A program made the translations under genes and the position numbers. A stretch of 64,000 nucleotides of DNA. Source: an uncultured Nitrososphaerota archaeon (GTDB lineage: Archaea; Thermoproteota; Nitrososphaeria; Nitrososphaerales; Nitrosopumilaceae). The stretch spans positions 32,001 through 96,000 of the forward strand of contig CAWGPD010000002.1 in the NCBI GenBank assembly GCA_963824385.1, in the 5' to 3' direction. Positions 1 through 10,856 of the stretch are shown piece after piece (positions within the stretch are counted from its first letter, which is position 1; each line of letters opens with the position of its first letter). The notes beneath the pieces are model-generated. The model did not search any database, had not been told where the DNA came from, and was given only the letters and a program-made list of their open reading frames with translations.

Positions 1-796
1 ATTTTGAATATCAATCTCATTTTGTAAGTGATCACCGGTACCTTGATTTGAGCGAAATACCATATAACCATAGAATTTTTCTTTGGATTTTACAAGAGAT
101 GCACCTTTTATTACAGCATCTGGATCTTCTCCACGCACACCAAAGAATACAGGATCAGGACCATGTGGTGCAATTAAAATCCTATTCCTTGTCTCATCAA
201 AAGCTGTTAAATGTTCTAGGAAATGTGACTTGTTGCATTTTTTCTACGCTATCTTTAAAAATTTCTCTTTTTTTCCTAAGATTTACTTTGTTCCTATATG
301 AGATTAATTCAAAAGTATGATCTCGAAAATCATACCCTATTGCGCCTATTGCACCTATAAGTCCTTGACCATTACCAAGATGATAAGTTTCAAGTTTGTT
401 ATCTTGCACGAACTTCTTTGCTTCATTTCTGCTTATGAGATGATCTAGTGCCATTTTTCCAAATTTAGTGAAACTTTCAGGGAGAATCTTATGTTCATAA
501 AAAACTAGCCCTGGATTTGCACCATCTTTTACAGCCGAATATTTTTGGACATATTTTACAATATTCTTTTTTACCAATTGAGGCTTTCTGGTCTCAATCT
601 TTAATGCAACTGCACCATTTCCCCTAGTTTTCCACGGTACATTTGGATTAAATCGAATCAAGTATGGATAATCAAGAAACTTTACTTTTTCTTTTTTTAG
701 ATATTCTACTATTTTATAGGCAAGAAAAGTAGTACACATTCCTTTTCTTGAGTCCGTATCATCAAAGCCAATATGAAGAATGGAGGTCTCTTTCAT
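1..796 (-). CDS. tiaS: tRNA(Ile2) agmatinylcytidine synthetase TiaS, 5' part (runs off window; +1 frameshift near 200)
   Basis: IGFDDTDSRKGMCTT and PWKTRGNGAV motifs; removing one T at ~199-202 continues into LIAPHGPDPVFFGVRGE. Confidence 0.9.
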
Positions 797-1023
797 TCGA
801 TTACAGTCATGGTAAGAGTAGAACGTACATTTTTGAGTTGCCTTATGTTATTTGAGATGGTTCTTTTTAGCGTCTCATTATCTGGCGCTTCCACTTTAAC
901 CACCAAGTCGTAGGCACCATATAGAACATAGACATATTTTACGCTCTCCATGTTTTTTAGCTGGTTCAAAAGATCAGTTTCTGCCCCTAATTCGGCATTT
1001 ATCAGTACAAAAGCGATTGGCAT
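793..1023 (-). CDS. Stand-alone Lrp/AsnC ligand-binding (RAM) domain protein
   Basis: 76 aa; AFVLIN...YGAYDLVVKVEA...IRQLKNVRSTLT. Confidence 0.85.
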   Translation of the reverse strand: MPIAFVLINAELGAETDLLNQLKNMESVKYVYVLYGAYDLVVKVEAPDNETLKRTISNNIRQLKNVRSTLTMTVIE

Positions 1024-1106
1024 TCATTTGGTCTTCAAAATGTGCAATATTAAATATTGTGGCAGTTTCGTTTGATTTAAATTAAAAAAACAATTTCTGA
1101 TAACGA

Positions 1107-2102
1107 TTGATAGTAATAGATGAGAAAAAGATTTTTGAAGAGATAGAAAAAAGAAAACCAGTCTCAGTTGCCTTAAATGGACCAGATGGAATAATACCAA
1201 AGATTCAAGAAACAGCTTCAAGAATAATGGAGAGATTTGGTATTCCAGCATATGTTATGGCAGATAGCTGTTTTGGTACATGTGATCTTAATTCAAATGG
1301 TGCAAAAGTTCTAGGGGCTGAAATTCTATTTCATATAGGACATACTATCAATTCAATGAGTTTTGGGGATAACATAGTTCTCATAGATGCTTTTGATGAC
1401 ATATCATTTGAAAATGTTGCAAGAAAATGTATAGATGAAATTAAAGTAAAAACTGTTTCACTTGTTACAGATAGTCAACATTTACATGAAATTAACAAAG
1501 TAAAAAAAATACTTGAAGAAGGAGGAATTACCGTAAAAATTGGAAAGGGTAAAGGTCAACTAAATGACGGGCAGGTATTTGGTTGTGAATTTTATCCTGT
1601 TTCAGAAACCAAAGATAGTGTAGAGGCAAATATATTCTTGGGGCAAAGTAATTTTCATGCTGCTGGAATTGCACTATCTACTAACCTACCAACATACATA
1701 CTTAATCCATACTTCAATGAGATTAGAGAGATTACAGAATTTGCAAAAACACTACAGAAAAAAGCTATACTTACCATCTACAAGGCTGCAGAGGCAGAAA
1801 CATTTGGAATAATTGTTGGTCTAAAAGAAGGTCAGTTTTCAAAACTGACTGCTCTTAAATTCAAAAAGGAGTTAGAAAGTATAGGAAAGAAAGTACAACT
1901 ATTTGCCATAACAGAAATTTCTGATGACAAATTACGTAATCTCAAAGGAATTGATGCCTTTATTCAGGTTGCATGCCCAAGAATATCAACAGATAATCAT
2001 TTTCACAAGCCAGTTTTGTCTACTCCTCAGGCAAATGCATTACTGAAAATATTAAAAAAAGAAGGCATTGAGGGATTTCTCCAGATTCCCCACTGGCTAT
2101 AA
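1107..2102 (+). CDS. dph2: Diphthamide biosynthesis enzyme Dph2
   Basis: CFGTCD, GQVFGC and ACPRI Fe-S cysteine motifs. Confidence 0.92.
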   Translation: MIVIDEKKIFEEIEKRKPVSVALNGPDGIIPKIQETASRIMERFGIPAYVMADSCFGTCDLNSNGAKVLGAEILFHIGHTINSMSFGDNIVLIDAFDDISFENVARKCIDEIKVKTVSLVTDSQHLHEINKVKKILEEGGITVKIGKGKGQLNDGQVFGCEFYPVSETKDSVEANIFLGQSNFHAAGIALSTNLPTYILNPYFNEIREITEFAKTLQKKAILTIYKAAEAETFGIIVGLKEGQFSKLTALKFKKELESIGKKVQLFAITEISDDKLRNLKGIDAFIQVACPRISTDNHFHKPVLSTPQANALLKILKKEGIEGFLQIPHWL

Positions 2103-2135
2103 ACAATTATAATCATCAAATTTCAAATCAAGACA

Positions 2136-2690
2136 TTGTCTCAGAAACCAACCCTTCCAGGAGATAAAATTGCAATTATTGAAGAATTTGAAACTGGTGA
2201 AAATACCTTTGATGACGGTCAATCTATAAGATCACTTGTTATAGGTACTTCCGAATTTGATAAAACTAATCGCATAGCTAAAATCAATGAAATGCGAAAA
2301 CCTGCAGTTGCACAAGTAGATGATACGATCACTGGTAATATTTCAGCACTAATGAACAATATGTTTGCAATAAACATATTGTACATAAATGGAAAACCCA
2401 CACATTCAGGTCTAGAATGTATTTGTCAGGCAAGAGGAGCAAAGAAAAGGATCATGGTAAGAGTGGGAGATATCGTAAGTGCAAAAATAATTAGTCATCT
2501 AAATGGAGTTGTACATGCTACAATTAGTGAACCAGAACTTGGGGTTTTATTTACACAGTGTAACAAGTGTGGAGCAAAGGTGATATCAATGGGTAGCAGT
2601 ATAAAATGCGTAGATTGTGGATACATTGAGGAAAGAAAATTATCAAATAGGTTTGGAAACAGCGATTTTATAAAATTCAACTCTAACTAA
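2136..2690 (+). CDS. csl4: Exosome RNA-binding subunit Csl4
   Basis: LPGDKIAIIEEF start, S1 domain (VGDIVSAKI), CxxC..CxxC ribbon then EERK. Confidence 0.9.
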   Translation: MSQKPTLPGDKIAIIEEFETGENTFDDGQSIRSLVIGTSEFDKTNRIAKINEMRKPAVAQVDDTITGNISALMNNMFAINILYINGKPTHSGLECICQARGAKKRIMVRVGDIVSAKIISHLNGVVHATISEPELGVLFTQCNKCGAKVISMGSSIKCVDCGYIEERKLSNRFGNSDFIKFNSN

Positions 2691-2694
2691 GAAT

Positions 2695-3510
2695 ATGTTA
2701 AAAGTGGCATTCCAAGGTGAACCTGGAGCTTATAGTCAAGCAGCCGCAGTAAGTTTTTTCAAAGAGGCAATTCAGACAATACCATATCCTACATTTTATG
2801 AAGCATTAGATTCTACAGAAAATGGAAGATCAGATTACACTATACTTCCTGTGGAAAATTCACTTGAGGGAAGTGTAGGGGAAAGTTATGATTTGCTACT
2901 TACTACTAAACTTAGAGTAGTAGGTGAAACATATCTTAGGATATCACATTGTCTCATAGGTTTGCAAAATCTGGAAAAAATTGATACGGTGTATTCTCAT
3001 CCACAGGCACTTGGTCAGTGCAGAAAATTCATACAGAGTAATCATTTGAAGCCTATACCAACTTATGATACTGCAGGTAGCGTAAAAATTCTCTTGGAAT
3101 TAAACAAGGACAACATTTCATGCATTGCTAGTAGAAAAGCTGCTGAGATCTATAATGTCCCAATAATAAAAGAAGGAATAGAGGATAATCCAAATAATTA
3201 TACGCGATTTCTCATCTTGGCAAATAATAAAAAAGAAAAAACATCTAAAGACAAGACATCTATAATTTTTTCAATAAAACATATTCCTGGTGCGCTATAC
3301 AATATTCTTGAAAAATTTAATATAAATAAAATCAATCTAACAAAAATCGAATCACGTCCTACAAAGAATACTCCTTGGGAATACAATTTTTATGTAGATT
3401 TTGATGGCCATCAAGATGACAACAGCATTTTAGATACTATTGAGAAGATACGACCAAATACAACATTTCTTAAGATACTTGGCTCATATCCAAGAGCTGA
3501 GTTAATCTAG
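2695..3510 (+). CDS. pheA: Prephenate dehydratase
   Basis: VAFQGEPGAYS, PVENSLEGSV, SHPQALGQC, NYTRF, INLTKIESRP. Confidence 0.95.
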   Translation: MLKVAFQGEPGAYSQAAAVSFFKEAIQTIPYPTFYEALDSTENGRSDYTILPVENSLEGSVGESYDLLLTTKLRVVGETYLRISHCLIGLQNLEKIDTVYSHPQALGQCRKFIQSNHLKPIPTYDTAGSVKILLELNKDNISCIASRKAAEIYNVPIIKEGIEDNPNNYTRFLILANNKKEKTSKDKTSIIFSIKHIPGALYNILEKFNINKINLTKIESRPTKNTPWEYNFYVDFDGHQDDNSILDTIEKIRPNTTFLKILGSYPRAELI

Positions 3511-3971
3511 AATCCCTTTGGTCTTCTAATTGAAAACGCCGCACTAATTCCAATTATTAGAACTCCTGAAGATATGACAATAAGATGAGATGTGAATATC
3601 AATGGATTTGAAACGGCTTGTAATTTTCCAGTTACATGGAGTACAGAGCCTCCAGTATTTGTTATATTCATGAAATGTTTTCCATTAGCAAGACTATACC
3701 AGTCAAAGCTAACGGTCTTTGTAAGATCACGATCAACTTGTAAACCATCTTTTGGTGTTTTCAGTGTCACATGAAATGAGTTTCCTGTAACATTTAGAGA
3801 TTCATGATAATGCTGTAGTGCATCAAATGAAAAGATATCACTTTTGCCAATATCTACAACATCATTAACATCTTGTGAGTTACTCATTATACCTTGGATT
3901 AGAAAAAAGGTACCAAGAATAACAGCTACTGAACCTATAGCAATTCCAAATATACTTCTTTTTGAAAGCAT
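3507..3971 (-). CDS. Hypothetical membrane protein with N- and C-terminal TM helices
   Basis: 154-aa ORF; two hydrophobic segments flank a beta-rich domain. Confidence 0.7.
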   Translation of the reverse strand: MLSKRSIFGIAIGSVAVILGTFFLIQGIMSNSQDVNDVVDIGKSDIFSFDALQHYHESLNVTGNSFHVTLKTPKDGLQVDRDLTKTVSFDWYSLANGKHFMNITNTGGSVLHVTGKLQAVSNPLIFTSHLIVISSGVLIIGISAAFSIRRPKGF

Positions 3972-4008
3972 GATGAAAAAACTAGTTTGTAATTATATTT
4001 AAAGTAAA

Positions 4009-5453
4009 TTACATTAACTCTACATCATGTGGTTGACTTTCTGCATATCCAGCGGTTGACATTTTTATAAATTCTGCATTTTGTTGCATTTGAAGAATAG
4101 TATTTGCACCACAATAACTTAAACCAGAACGTATTCCTCCAGTTAATTGTTTTATTATATCAGTTACACTTCCCTTGTATGGAACCATAGCCTCAACACC
4201 TTCTGCCACATAATCATTAAGATCTTCTACCATTGAAGCATTATTACTGGTTTCTTTACTTTTTCTACCAAGAGCTGCATAAAATGATGCCATTCCTCTG
4301 TAAATTTTGTATCTCTTACCATTTTTCGTCATAAATGAACCAGGACTTTCATCTGTTCCTCCTAACAAGCTTCCAACCATTACAGTAGATGCTCCTGCAG
4401 CAAGTGCTTTTGTTGCATCACCTGATGTCCTTACACCTCCATCAGAAATTATTGGAATATCATATTTTTTTCCAACTTGTGCACAATCTACTACAGCGGT
4501 AAGTTGAGGCACTCCAGAACCAGTGATTACTCTAGTGATACATATAGAACCAGAACCAACTCCTACCTTTACTGCATCTACACCAGTCTTTGATAAGATC
4601 CTCCGTACCTTGAGCGGTTGCAACATTTCCTGCTATTAATTCACAATTTGGGAAAGCTTTCTTTATCAATTGAACTGTATTAATTGCATTTTCACTATGT
4701 CCATGTGCAATATCTACCACTATAACATCAGCACCTGCATCTAGCAATGCTTCCGTTCTTTCTAAGAAATCTCCTTTTACACCTACTGCAGCTCCAACTA
4801 ATGGTCTTCCCTTTTTGTCTTTTGATGCGTGCGGATAATTACCAGCATTGATGATATCTTTACTAGTGATCAGTCCTTTGACATGTCCGCGTTCATCTAA
4901 AAGAGGTAATTTTTCAATGCAATTTTTTCTAAGTATTTCTTTGGCTTCAACTATGGCTATTCCAGATTTTGCTGTAATGACATCACTTGTCATGACCTCA
5001 TCGACTTTTTTACTCTCATCTTTTGTTTCTAGCATCACAATATCTCTTCTTGTCAATATTCCAACAAGTCTGACCTTGATTATCTGTCACTAGCAATCCT
5101 GAAGCTCCTTTTTCGCGCATAGATTCTATAACTTCACGTACTGTTTGTTTAGGATCAATAGTATATGGATTTTCTATTATTATGCTTCCTGAACGTTTTG
5201 TTTTGAGTACCTCGTTAACCTGTTCTGAAATAGTAAGAAATCTATGTATAATTCCAATTCCGCCTTCTCTTGCTATTGCCACTGCCATGGCAGATTCTGT
5301 TACAGTATCCATGTTTGCACTGATTACAGGTATGTTAAGAGAAATATTTCTTGAAAGTTTTGTTTGTAAATTTGTTTGAGATCTGGTAACTATACTTGAT
5401 CGTTTAGGAACAAGGAGTACATCATCAAATGTTAGTCCTTCCCTTATTTCCAA
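4009..5453 (-). CDS. guaB: IMP dehydrogenase (apparent frameshifts at ~5069 and ~4587)
   Basis: LTFDDVLLVP, SANMDTVTE, CBS pair, VDIAHGHS, GVGSGSICITR and YRGMAS spread over three ORF pieces. Confidence 0.93.
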
Positions 5454-5483
5454 TGAAACCTTCTTGATTAGAATGAAAATCTG

Positions 5484-6350
5484 TTATAAGCCTTTCTTGA
5501 GATTTTTTAATCTAGTTACGATCTTGATCACATCGCTTGTAGTTTTAACATTATGTGTTCGTAGTATATCAGCACCGTTTAGAGCCGCAAAAGTTTCTGC
5601 TGCAACAGAGCCATAGATTCTCTCTGCAGGATCTGGTTCATCTAATATTTTTCCTATAAATGACTTTCGTGAAATTGAAATAAGAACAGGATATCGTTCT
5701 TTAATTTCATTCAAGTTTCTCAGAACCAAGATATCTCTTTGCAACCAATCAGAATTTATTTTTGTAAACAATACGCCTTGTGCCTTTTGTCTAAAGAAGC
5801 CAATTGCAGGATCTACTACGATCTTGCTCTTTGGAACTCCTGATTTTAATGCCATTGTAACACTTTGATGAATCAATTTTCTTGTTTGTGTAATTGGATT
5901 TCCTTTAATCAGATCATGACTAAATGCACAAACAATAACAGATGGGCGATATTCCTCAAGTACATTAACCATATTTTTATCATATTTTAAACCTGAAACA
6001 TCATTGATTATTTCTGCTCCCAGTTGAAGGGCTACCTTTGCTACCTTTGCCCTACATGTATCAATAGAGATAGGTAACTTTGAGACTTTTTGGATAGATT
6101 CTATGGCGTTTGTAATTCTTTTGATTTCTTGTTCCTCTGACACTAGAGTTTTGATATATGGGGCAGTGGACATTCCTCCAACATCAATAAAATCAGCACC
6201 ATCTTCTTCCATTAATTTTGAAACCTTGCTTATATCTCGCTTATCAGTAAACACTGATTGTTTGTAAAACGATTCTGGACTTGTATTAATAATTCCCATT
6301 ATTCGTATCGGATTAGAACCACCGATTCTTATTCCTGCGAGTTCATGCAT
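5484..6350 (-). CDS. folP: Dihydropteroate synthase
   Basis: IMGIINTSPESFY, IDVGGMST, ISIDT, IINDVSG, SRKSFIG, LRTHNV. Confidence 0.92.
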   Translation of the reverse strand: MHELAGIRIGGSNPIRIMGIINTSPESFYKQSVFTDKRDISKVSKLMEEDGADFIDVGGMSTAPYIKTLVSEEQEIKRITNAIESIQKVSKLPISIDTCRAKVAKVALQLGAEIINDVSGLKYDKNMVNVLEEYRPSVIVCAFSHDLIKGNPITQTRKLIHQSVTMALKSGVPKSKIVVDPAIGFFRQKAQGVLFTKINSDWLQRDILVLRNLNEIKERYPVLISISRKSFIGKILDEPDPAERIYGSVAAETFAALNGADILRTHNVKTTSDVIKIVTRLKNLKKGL

Positions 6351-6386
6351 ATGGTTTATGATTAACCCAGATACATTTAGACTTAC

Positions 6387-7124
6387 ATGACTTTGAATGG
6401 TTGGCAGAAAAAATATCAAGAAATTTTAAAAGAATTTGATTATGATAGGATAAAGGAGATAAGATCAGCTAATATCCTCAATTCACTTCTAAAGACAAGA
6501 CTTGGGTTAAACAAACTAGAAAAAAAAATTAAAAACAAAACTGTTTTTGTTATTGGAGCAGGACCATCTCTCGAATCCTCTTTACCATATATAAAAAAAT
6601 TTAAAGATTTTACAAAGATTGTAGCTGATGGTGTTACACAGGCCCTGATTGAAAACAAGATAACGCCAGACATTGTAGTAACTGATCTTGATGGAAATAT
6701 AGAATATCTCAAAAAATCATCAGGACTAAAATCAATAATGATTGTACATGCGCATGGAGATAACATAAACAGACTTCCATATGCAATTTCATTCAAATAT
6801 AGTATAGGAACAACAGAAGACAAACCATTTGGAAAAATTAGGAATTTTGGAGGATTCACAGATGGCGATAGATGTGTATTTCTTGCCGATCACTTTGGAG
6901 CATCAAAAATCATCCTAATTGGAATGGATTTTGGAACTCGTATAGGAAAATATTCCAAAGTAGGAAAGTACAACAAATCTTTAAAACGAAAAAAGTTAGA
7001 GAAGGGAAAATCACTTTTAGAGTGGTTAGCCACAAAAAGCAATTCAGATCTTTATACTACATCCCAATCAATAATAGGATTCAAAAATATAAAATTAGAA
7101 GACCTTCAAAGGTTAGTCAGATAA
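6387..7124 (+). CDS. mptE: 6-hydroxymethyl-7,8-dihydropterin pyrophosphokinase (MptE family)
   Basis: GAGPSL, VTDLDG, HAHGDN, FGGFTDGDRC; divergent from folP. Confidence 0.85.
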   Translation: MTLNGWQKKYQEILKEFDYDRIKEIRSANILNSLLKTRLGLNKLEKKIKNKTVFVIGAGPSLESSLPYIKKFKDFTKIVADGVTQALIENKITPDIVVTDLDGNIEYLKKSSGLKSIMIVHAHGDNINRLPYAISFKYSIGTTEDKPFGKIRNFGGFTDGDRCVFLADHFGASKIILIGMDFGTRIGKYSKVGKYNKSLKRKKLEKGKSLLEWLATKSNSDLYTTSQSIIGFKNIKLEDLQRLVR

Positions 7125-7170
7125 CAGAGTCTGTTTTAATATTTATTATCCATTCAACAATAGAAAAAAC

Positions 7171-7728
7171 ATGGATAATTCAGAAGAAAACATACGTGAA
7201 ATTTTAGAGTTAAGAGAATGGATCTCTGAAGAAATTGAAAAAAGAGAAAGAGAGATAGACAAATTTCAACAGAGTCTTCGCATTCTTGATTCTATGGTTA
7301 AGCAATCAAGTTTTAGTAAAGCATCCTCTCTTGTATCATCTAATAAACAGAACAATCAATCAGATCAACAAACATCTTCTGTAATACCCATTAAAACACC
7401 AGACAGTAAAATTCTGGCAAATGCACATGTAACTTCCGATGAACTAGTAATCATTCCATTAGAAAATATCATGTTAGATGTAGAAACACATCCATTCAAG
7501 TCATTTTTTCTTGGAAGAATAATAGGAGGAATGGAAAGTCAGGATAGGTTAGATGTCCAAAATGGTAAGATTTCCCAAAATGCTGCAATATCATGTTTAG
7601 TAAATAAAGATGGCAATAGAATTAAAGAAATTCTTATCAAGAATTATCGTCAAAAGGAAAGAGTAACCGAGATAATAAATACGGTAACATGGTCATTTTC
7701 CAGAATGATAGAAAATTCTCAAAAGTGA
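7171..7728 (+). CDS. Hypothetical protein with N-terminal coiled coil
   Basis: 185-aa ORF 4 bp upstream of guaA. Confidence 0.7.
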   Translation: MDNSEENIREILELREWISEEIEKREREIDKFQQSLRILDSMVKQSSFSKASSLVSSNKQNNQSDQQTSSVIPIKTPDSKILANAHVTSDELVIIPLENIMLDVETHPFKSFFLGRIIGGMESQDRLDVQNGKISQNAAISCLVNKDGNRIKEILIKNYRQKERVTEIINTVTWSFSRMIENSQK

Positions 7729-7732
7729 TATC

Positions 7733-9256
7733 ATGGATAAAATAATAGTATTAGATTTTGGTTCGCAGTATAGTCATCTTATTTGTAGAAGAATTAGAGA
7801 ATTTTCAGTATATTCCGAACTTGTTCCATACAACATATCACCTGAAGAACTAAGAAAGATGAATCCAAAAGGGATCGTATTCAGTGGAGGACCTGCAAGT
7901 GTATACAACAAGGATTCACCTCAACCAACAAATGGAATATTTGAGATAGGACTTCCAGTTCTTGGAATATGTTATGGTCATCAATTAATTGTTAACAAAT
8001 TTGGTGGCAAGGTTAAGAGTTCTCACAAGGAATATGGTTCATCATTACTTAGCATAGATAATGATTCAGATCTACTTTCTGAGATGGGTCAATCAACAAG
8101 AGCTTGGATGAGTCATGGTGATGCTGCCGAAACTCTACCTGAAGGATTTGAAGTAATAGGACATACTGAAAATTCTTTTGCAGCTGCAATTGCTAATAAA
8201 CAAAAGAAGGTATATGGTATTCAGTTTCATCCAGAAGTAGTTCATACTGAAAATGGAGTTCAAGTACTGAAGAATTTTGTTTTAAACATATGCAAAGCAA
8301 AACAAGATTGGACTTTGGAGAATTTCATAGAAACAACAGTATCAGAAATTTCTAAAATTGACGGTAATGTACTATGTGGAATAAGTGGAGGTATTGATTC
8401 TACAGTAGCAGCATTATTAATTCAAAAAGTTATAGGAAATAGACTCGAATGTGTTTTTGTAGATAATGGTCTTTTGCGACTAGACGAAGAAGTAGAAGTT
8501 GAAAACATGTTTGAAAATAATTTTGGTATGAATTTTACAGTAATAAATGCCAAACAAAGATTTCTTTCCAGATTCAAAGGAGTAACTGATCCGGAACAGA
8601 AACGAATGATTGTAGGAGAAGAATTTGTTAAGGTATTTACAGAGTTTGCTGAAAAGCACGGTCCCTTCAAATGGTTAGCTCAAGGTACACTTTATCCAGA
8701 TGTAATAGAAAGCGGAATTTCCAAGGGCCCAGCAGCAGTAATTAAGACTCATCACAATGTTGGAGGATTGCCATCATGGTTAAACTTGAAAGTCTTGGAG
8801 CCTCTGAGATTTCTTTACAAGGATGAAGTAAGAAAAGTTGGCAAAATTTTAGGAGTACCAGATAATCTTCTTAATCGTCATCCATTTCCAGGACCTGGTC
8901 TTGCTGTAAGAGTAATGGGCGAATTGACCCCAGAAAAATTGCAGATCTGCAAACATGCAAGTAAGATTGTTGAAGACGAACTTGCCTCTTCATCATGGTA
9001 TGATAAAGTTTGGCAAGCTTATGCAGCAGTAGGAGATGATAGAGCAGTAGGAGTAGTTGGAGATGAAAGAAAGTATGGGCATGTTGTTCTTGTCAGAGTA
9101 GTAGATTCTATTGATGCAATGACTGCAGATTGGACAAGATTACCTTCGGATGTACTTGAAAGAATTAGTAATAGAATTACAAATGAAGTTGAAGATGTGG
9201 CTTGGGTAAGCTATGTAATTTCAAGTAAACCACCTGCTACTATAGAACCTCAATAA
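7733..9256 (+). CDS. guaA: GMP synthase (glutamine-hydrolysing)
   Basis: LDFGSQY, GICYGHQ, QFHPEV, SGGIDS, KTHHNVGG, KPPATIE. Confidence 0.97.
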   Translation: MDKIIVLDFGSQYSHLICRRIREFSVYSELVPYNISPEELRKMNPKGIVFSGGPASVYNKDSPQPTNGIFEIGLPVLGICYGHQLIVNKFGGKVKSSHKEYGSSLLSIDNDSDLLSEMGQSTRAWMSHGDAAETLPEGFEVIGHTENSFAAAIANKQKKVYGIQFHPEVVHTENGVQVLKNFVLNICKAKQDWTLENFIETTVSEISKIDGNVLCGISGGIDSTVAALLIQKVIGNRLECVFVDNGLLRLDEEVEVENMFENNFGMNFTVINAKQRFLSRFKGVTDPEQKRMIVGEEFVKVFTEFAEKHGPFKWLAQGTLYPDVIESGISKGPAAVIKTHHNVGGLPSWLNLKVLEPLRFLYKDEVRKVGKILGVPDNLLNRHPFPGPGLAVRVMGELTPEKLQICKHASKIVEDELASSSWYDKVWQAYAAVGDDRAVGVVGDERKYGHVVLVRVVDSIDAMTADWTRLPSDVLERISNRITNEVEDVAWVSYVISSKPPATIEPQ

Positions 9257-9330
9257 AAATAGTCTACCCCCCCCCCCTCGTATACGTAAAAATCCGCTGT
9301 CTGTCGTAAAAGTTATGGTTTAGAAAATAA

Positions 9331-10725
9331 CTAAGGTTGTACGTTTATCACAGCATTGGGTGGATTGCCTTCCCGAACTACTGTAACACTTACTGTACTA
9401 CTGTCTGAACCATATTCGTTGGTTACTGTGAGTTTGAACTCTACTACTTTTTGTTGGTTATAGTCAACAATTGGTGAGTAGAATGCTGGTTGAGCAGTAT
9501 CACTTAATATCAAAGTAACTGGTGTGCCGCTAATTTGCTGCCACTGGTATTTTAGATCAACACCTGTGCTTGCAGTTCCATCCAATACAACTCTGCTATT
9601 TGGATCAACAGTTTGAGCTGTACCTGCATTAGCTACTGGTGGCTGTCCTGGTGCTGGCATGTTACTTACGTTTACAGTAACAGAGCAGGATGGAATATCA
9701 ACAAGATTATCGGTAACATCTAGTGTAAATTGAAGTGTACCACTTGCACCATTTGGTGTTGGAGATACAAATGATGGACTCATGTCACTATTAGATGATA
9801 ATTGTACTGGTTGTCCAGAAACCTGTCTCCAGAAATATGATATTGTATCACCACTTGGATTTACAACTGATACTGGTAGTGTAACTAATGAGTTTGCATT
9901 AACTGAAGCGTCTTGACATGTGACAGTTGGATCTTGGTGAGTACTCTGGACAGTAACTTGTGTCATAGCAGATGCTTTACCTCCATGTCCATCATCTGCA
10001 CTAAATACGAACATCAAAACTACAGATTGACCAGGTGGTACTGCTGGTGCAGTAAACGATGTATCAGCAGTATCAATAGATGATAATTGTACACTTGGAC
10101 CAGAATATTGACCCCATGAAAGTGTTAATGGGTTATTGTCTGCATCTGTTGCTGTACCTGTGAGAGAGACTTGAGTTCCTTCATCAACAACTTGATCAGG
10201 ATTTACTTGAACAACTGGAGGATTATTTACGTGTAAAACTATAACATTGAATGTTGTTGTATCTTTTAACCCATATCCATCATCTACAGTTAAGGTTAAT
10301 GTCAATGACTTGACTTGATTTACAGGCACTGAAGGAGCTATGAAAGATATAACTGGAGCATTAGAACTTGGAGAAAAGGATACTGTGTCACCTGAAGTTT
10401 GTCCCCATTGATAGGATAATGTCTTGCCCTCATCAGGAGTTGTCGATTTTAGACCTGAAAGTGTTACTTTGGTATTTTCATTTACTACAATGCTATTTGC
10501 TAATGCGCCTTGTAAGTAATACTGGCCAAGAGTACCGGATCTAGCAACATTTGCGGTATAGAAATTAGTACAGTAGATATTACTAGAACCTTGGAATTGT
10601 TGAATGCATTGTTGAAGGGCTAGTCCTGCAGCATCACTGGTACTAGTTTGAGCATATGCGGACATTGGTAATACAGAAGAGAAAATCATGATAGCTAGAA
10701 TTGGTATAAAAAATTTGTAATTCAA
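9331..10725 (-). CDS. Secreted/surface protein with four tandem PKD-like (Ig-fold) domains
   Basis: Signal peptide ending AYA-Q; four repeats of W-x-Q-x-SG-x-x-V..P-x-F-x-x-P; TTG start at 10725 inferred. Confidence 0.8.
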   Translation of the reverse strand: MNYKFFIPILAIMIFSSVLPMSAYAQTSTSDAAGLALQQCIQQFQGSSNIYCTNFYTANVARSGTLGQYYLQGALANSIVVNENTKVTLSGLKSTTPDEGKTLSYQWGQTSGDTVSFSPSSNAPVISFIAPSVPVNQVKSLTLTLTVDDGYGLKDTTTFNVIVLHVNNPPVVQVNPDQVVDEGTQVSLTGTATDADNNPLTLSWGQYSGPSVQLSSIDTADTSFTAPAVPPGQSVVLMFVFSADDGHGGKASAMTQVTVQSTHQDPTVTCQDASVNANSLVTLPVSVVNPSGDTISYFWRQVSGQPVQLSSNSDMSPSFVSPTPNGASGTLQFTLDVTDNLVDIPSCSVTVNVSNMPAPGQPPVANAGTAQTVDPNSRVVLDGTASTGVDLKYQWQQISGTPVTLILSDTAQPAFYSPIVDYNQQKVVEFKLTVTNEYGSDSSTVSVTVVREGNPPNAVINVQP

Positions 10726-10856
10726 CTTGTAGAATCTAAATTTTAGATTATTAAAAAACCTTTCTCTCAATTTAGGACATTACAAGGATCAATTTTTTGA
10801 TCTAAAAACACTGTAAGAGATGTCAATTTCATCAATTTTATACCATAATTGAAGAC

